Part shown: positions 61,375 to 64,000 of the stretch, one piece after another
How positions within the stretch are numbered: position 1 is the stretch's first letter
Layout of the letters: the number at the start of each line of letters is the position of its first letter
Source of the DNA: Fimbriosthenelais zetlandica
Taxonomy: Eukaryota
Direction of reading: 5' to 3'
NCBI GenBank assembly: GCA_977030845.1
Contig: OZ365110.1
Coordinates: 4,712,001 to 4,776,000, forward strand
Length of the DNA stretch: 64,000 bases
Program-made: the position numbers and the translations under genes
The notes under the pieces: model-generated
Databases searched by the model: none
What the model saw: only the letters and a program-made list of their open reading frames with translations
Told to the model about the DNA's origin: nothing

Positions 61375-63060
61375 TCAGCCAAGCCTTGCCATACCAGGCT
61401 ACCTCCCTAGAGAACCACGGCTCAGCATTTCAGGAGCATATCGGCTTCTAAATAACATCCGACAGCCTTGACTGGTCTTCATACGGTGCAGTCAATATGG
61501 AGGGTATCGAAACTGCCATTGGGGGATAGAGGGAATGGAGGAAAAGCACGAGTAACATGAATCCACATGAATAGCTACACTGGTAGGGACTAAGTGGGCA
61601 GAATCCAGTGGCCAAAGATGGATAGATAGACTCCAATAGAACTGGTAAACTGCCTTCTGAGAACACTTCACATGCGCCTAAATCAATAACCACAACTGAT
61701 ATCTTTTTAAGTTTTCATCAAAAAAGACCAGTGGCATCAATTATAGTGCCTTGGACAGGCGCGGAGGGTGCAGAGAAGGGAAGTAATGAGCCTTTTTGTG
61801 CTGGCAAGGAGGAAGAGAAGAGAATGGAAATAACATAACTTGACGAGGGTATTTGTCACTGTTTTAAAGCCAAGCCCGCGAATAAACGTATGATCTATCC
61901 CAGTGGATCCCAATGGGACAAGTGCTAAAAATGGAATATTGTTGGCACGTGCCTGGCGGTTGTTTTTTGGTGACTACATGGGACCGCCAGCCAGATTTAT
62001 GTGTTGCCCTGATGGTGAGGAGCGGCTTGTGAAATTTGCGGAGACATTTGTCCAGAAAAATATGTTCCCTGGGTGTGAGGGAATAATGAACGGAGGTGAA
62101 GGGGCAGCAGCTCTGAATGAAGTCCGATCTTCTTTTCTCTCCTCTCGGAGGAGTAGGATAGATGGGGAAAAGATGATGATCTATGAGAGATCCGGAGCTG
62201 AAGACCAACTCAGGAGGTATCACTCCCAGGGAACAAATGTATGAACACCTGCCCCAAGAGAAATTGCCGGACAGTGTAAGGAAAGAAGCACTTTACACAC
62301 AATGGACAGCGGCTTTGCTCGACCATTTGTCCAGGCCAGAGTTCAATACAAGGATCTGATTACATGGCTAAATCTGCTCAGGCTTATAAGGGATTCAATC
62401 ACATCTGTTTCTATTCCATTCCATTCCATTCTTCTTCCTTGCTTATTCCTTTTTAACTGGGCCAAAAATCAATTATTCATGCAGTAACCCATATTTGTTG
62501 AGTTCTTTGGTCAGACATGGAAAACCCCTGAACTGTCTAAAATCACTTGGAACTAATAAAAACAAGTTGCAACGGTCAAAACTGAGGGTCGCAAGAACAT
62601 TTCGAGCTCTACCATACCATCTTCTCAACCATTATAGTGTGTGGCATCCATGAAGGTCAAGCCAATCCAATTCAACCACCAAGGACTTGCCAACTTGTCA
62701 ACTGGCCTCTTGCTGGGTGTTCGGGGGTAGGTGGCCTAAAGGACAGATCTCAGTATTTGACTGTCTCACGCGATGTCATTGATTTCTAAGGGACACTGGA
62801 ATGACTGCTCAGCGGGTTGTGCAGCAATTACTTTTCCAGTCCCAAACTAGTTTTACTCTCGACCTGACACCTTTAGCTGCACCAATTACCCCCCAAAATC
62901 CCCTACACTACATCTGTCACTCTGTCATGCTGGAAACAGGGATGTTGCGGTTGGGATCATGTCTCTTATGATAGACGAATTAGCACAATCAATGCAGCTG
63001 AAACGGAAAGAGGAGGGCTAGAAAGATGTCATCAGGTATGAGTCAGGGTGAGAGTTCACT

Positions 63061-63085
63061 GTTTCTCTCTCTCCCTGTCCTGTGC

Positions 63086-63122
<37 letters not shown>

Positions 63123-63140
63123 GTATGTCTGTCTCTCTCC
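63061..63140. repeat. (CTGT)n microsatellite
   Basis: About 8 perfect CTGT units at 63087-63120 within a CT-rich tract. Confidence 0.9.
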
Positions 63141-64000
63141 AAAACCAAAACAGAGGTCTTTTGTGCACCTACTGATACTCAAAAAGCTATTATATCACCA
63201 AAGTCAACTAAACATGCTTCCTTGAGCCAAATCAAATGAACTAGCCATGTGGCCTTCTCAGATGATGTTGAGGTGCAATGATCAGCTTGGATGGTATAAT
63301 AGTACTATATAGGGTTTAGTAAATTAAGCAGTAATGAATTCCTCCGCATCCTAGTACTGACAAAGGACCGGTAGGACTTGCTCCGGTCTTTAGGATACAT
63401 GATAATGCCCGCCTTTCAAGCCACCAGCTCGGCGGATCCCATTGCAAAGAGGCTGCAAAGTGGTTTTGTTAAGCAGAAGGACAAGGTATAGAGAAGCAGG
63501 CCTTCTGTTGACTGGCTGTAAGGGACAGTGACCACATGAGAGAGGTTTTGTTAATGCAGGATTATCCCTTAATGATGTTAATCCTGTCAAGGAGCTGGTG
63601 GTGTTTGACCCCTGGAAGCGATGGTAAGGGGAGAGGGTCCGGCATGGAGTGGCTGTGTGGTCGCATCCGTGTCTCTTGTATCGTGGGAAAATCAGATTAA
63701 TCACGTGTGTCCAGGACGAAGCCTTCAAAGACATTGTCCTCATTCTGTCAATAGGACTCAGTGACGATGATAATCTTGTATGGGAAACCAAGCTTTCAAA
63801 AGAGTGCTTGGGTTCTATTTTGGGAGTTCTTGTTCAAACTAGTAAGTTCTGTTTTGAATCCCAAGATTTCCCTTGGTGCCTATAATTTCTCTTCTAAAGA
63901 TGTAGCATGAATACTCATAGGTTAACTTCACTGAGTTCTGTTGCAACTGATTTTCCTATGGCAAAATATGCAGTACGTAGTCAAGGCCATATTTAGTTTT

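Noticed and set aside
1741-63690. apparent excess of GTGGGAA (Su(H)/CSL) sites
   Set aside because: Several hits lie in G-rich tracts, they are not clustered or paired, and the manual count is not reliable enough to claim enrichment.
63715-63841. 127-nt putative exon (DEAFKDIVLILSIG...VQT) ending at A|GTAAGT
   Set aside because: The acceptor has no pyrimidine tract and the peptide is not recognisable.

Overview
This is AT-rich (about 39-40% GC by eye) eukaryotic genomic DNA from a draft assembly, with a 139-N gap at 46034-46172. It is probably from a marine invertebrate; an echinoderm-like source is only a weak guess from the strong TAGGCCTA enrichment. I recognise no intact protein-coding gene. 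The longest ORFs in the track are low-complexity artefacts. There is no rRNA, no bona fide tRNA and no CRISPR array. The window reads as intergenic DNA or very long intron. It holds decayed transposons (an RTE-like LINE at about 5.3-6.2 kb, a Mutator-like transposase at about 24.0-25.1 kb, possible L1/Tx1 and CR1/L2 endonuclease remnants), several MITE-like inverted-repeat elements, two tRNA-related SINE families, mini- and microsatellites, and a few CpG-richer promoter- or enhancer-like patches. The best leads for something undescribed are: (1) two near-consensus AG|GT recursive-splice-like sites on the minus strand, 27 kb apart (26840/26839 and 54088/54087); (2) an unexplained roughly 20-fold excess of the palindrome TAGGCCTA; (3) a dispersed hairpin repeat family seen up to six times; (4) a higher-order minisatellite next to a SINE head. 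All are hypotheses from manual reading. No database search or computation was run, and the chance expectations quoted are rough hand estimates.
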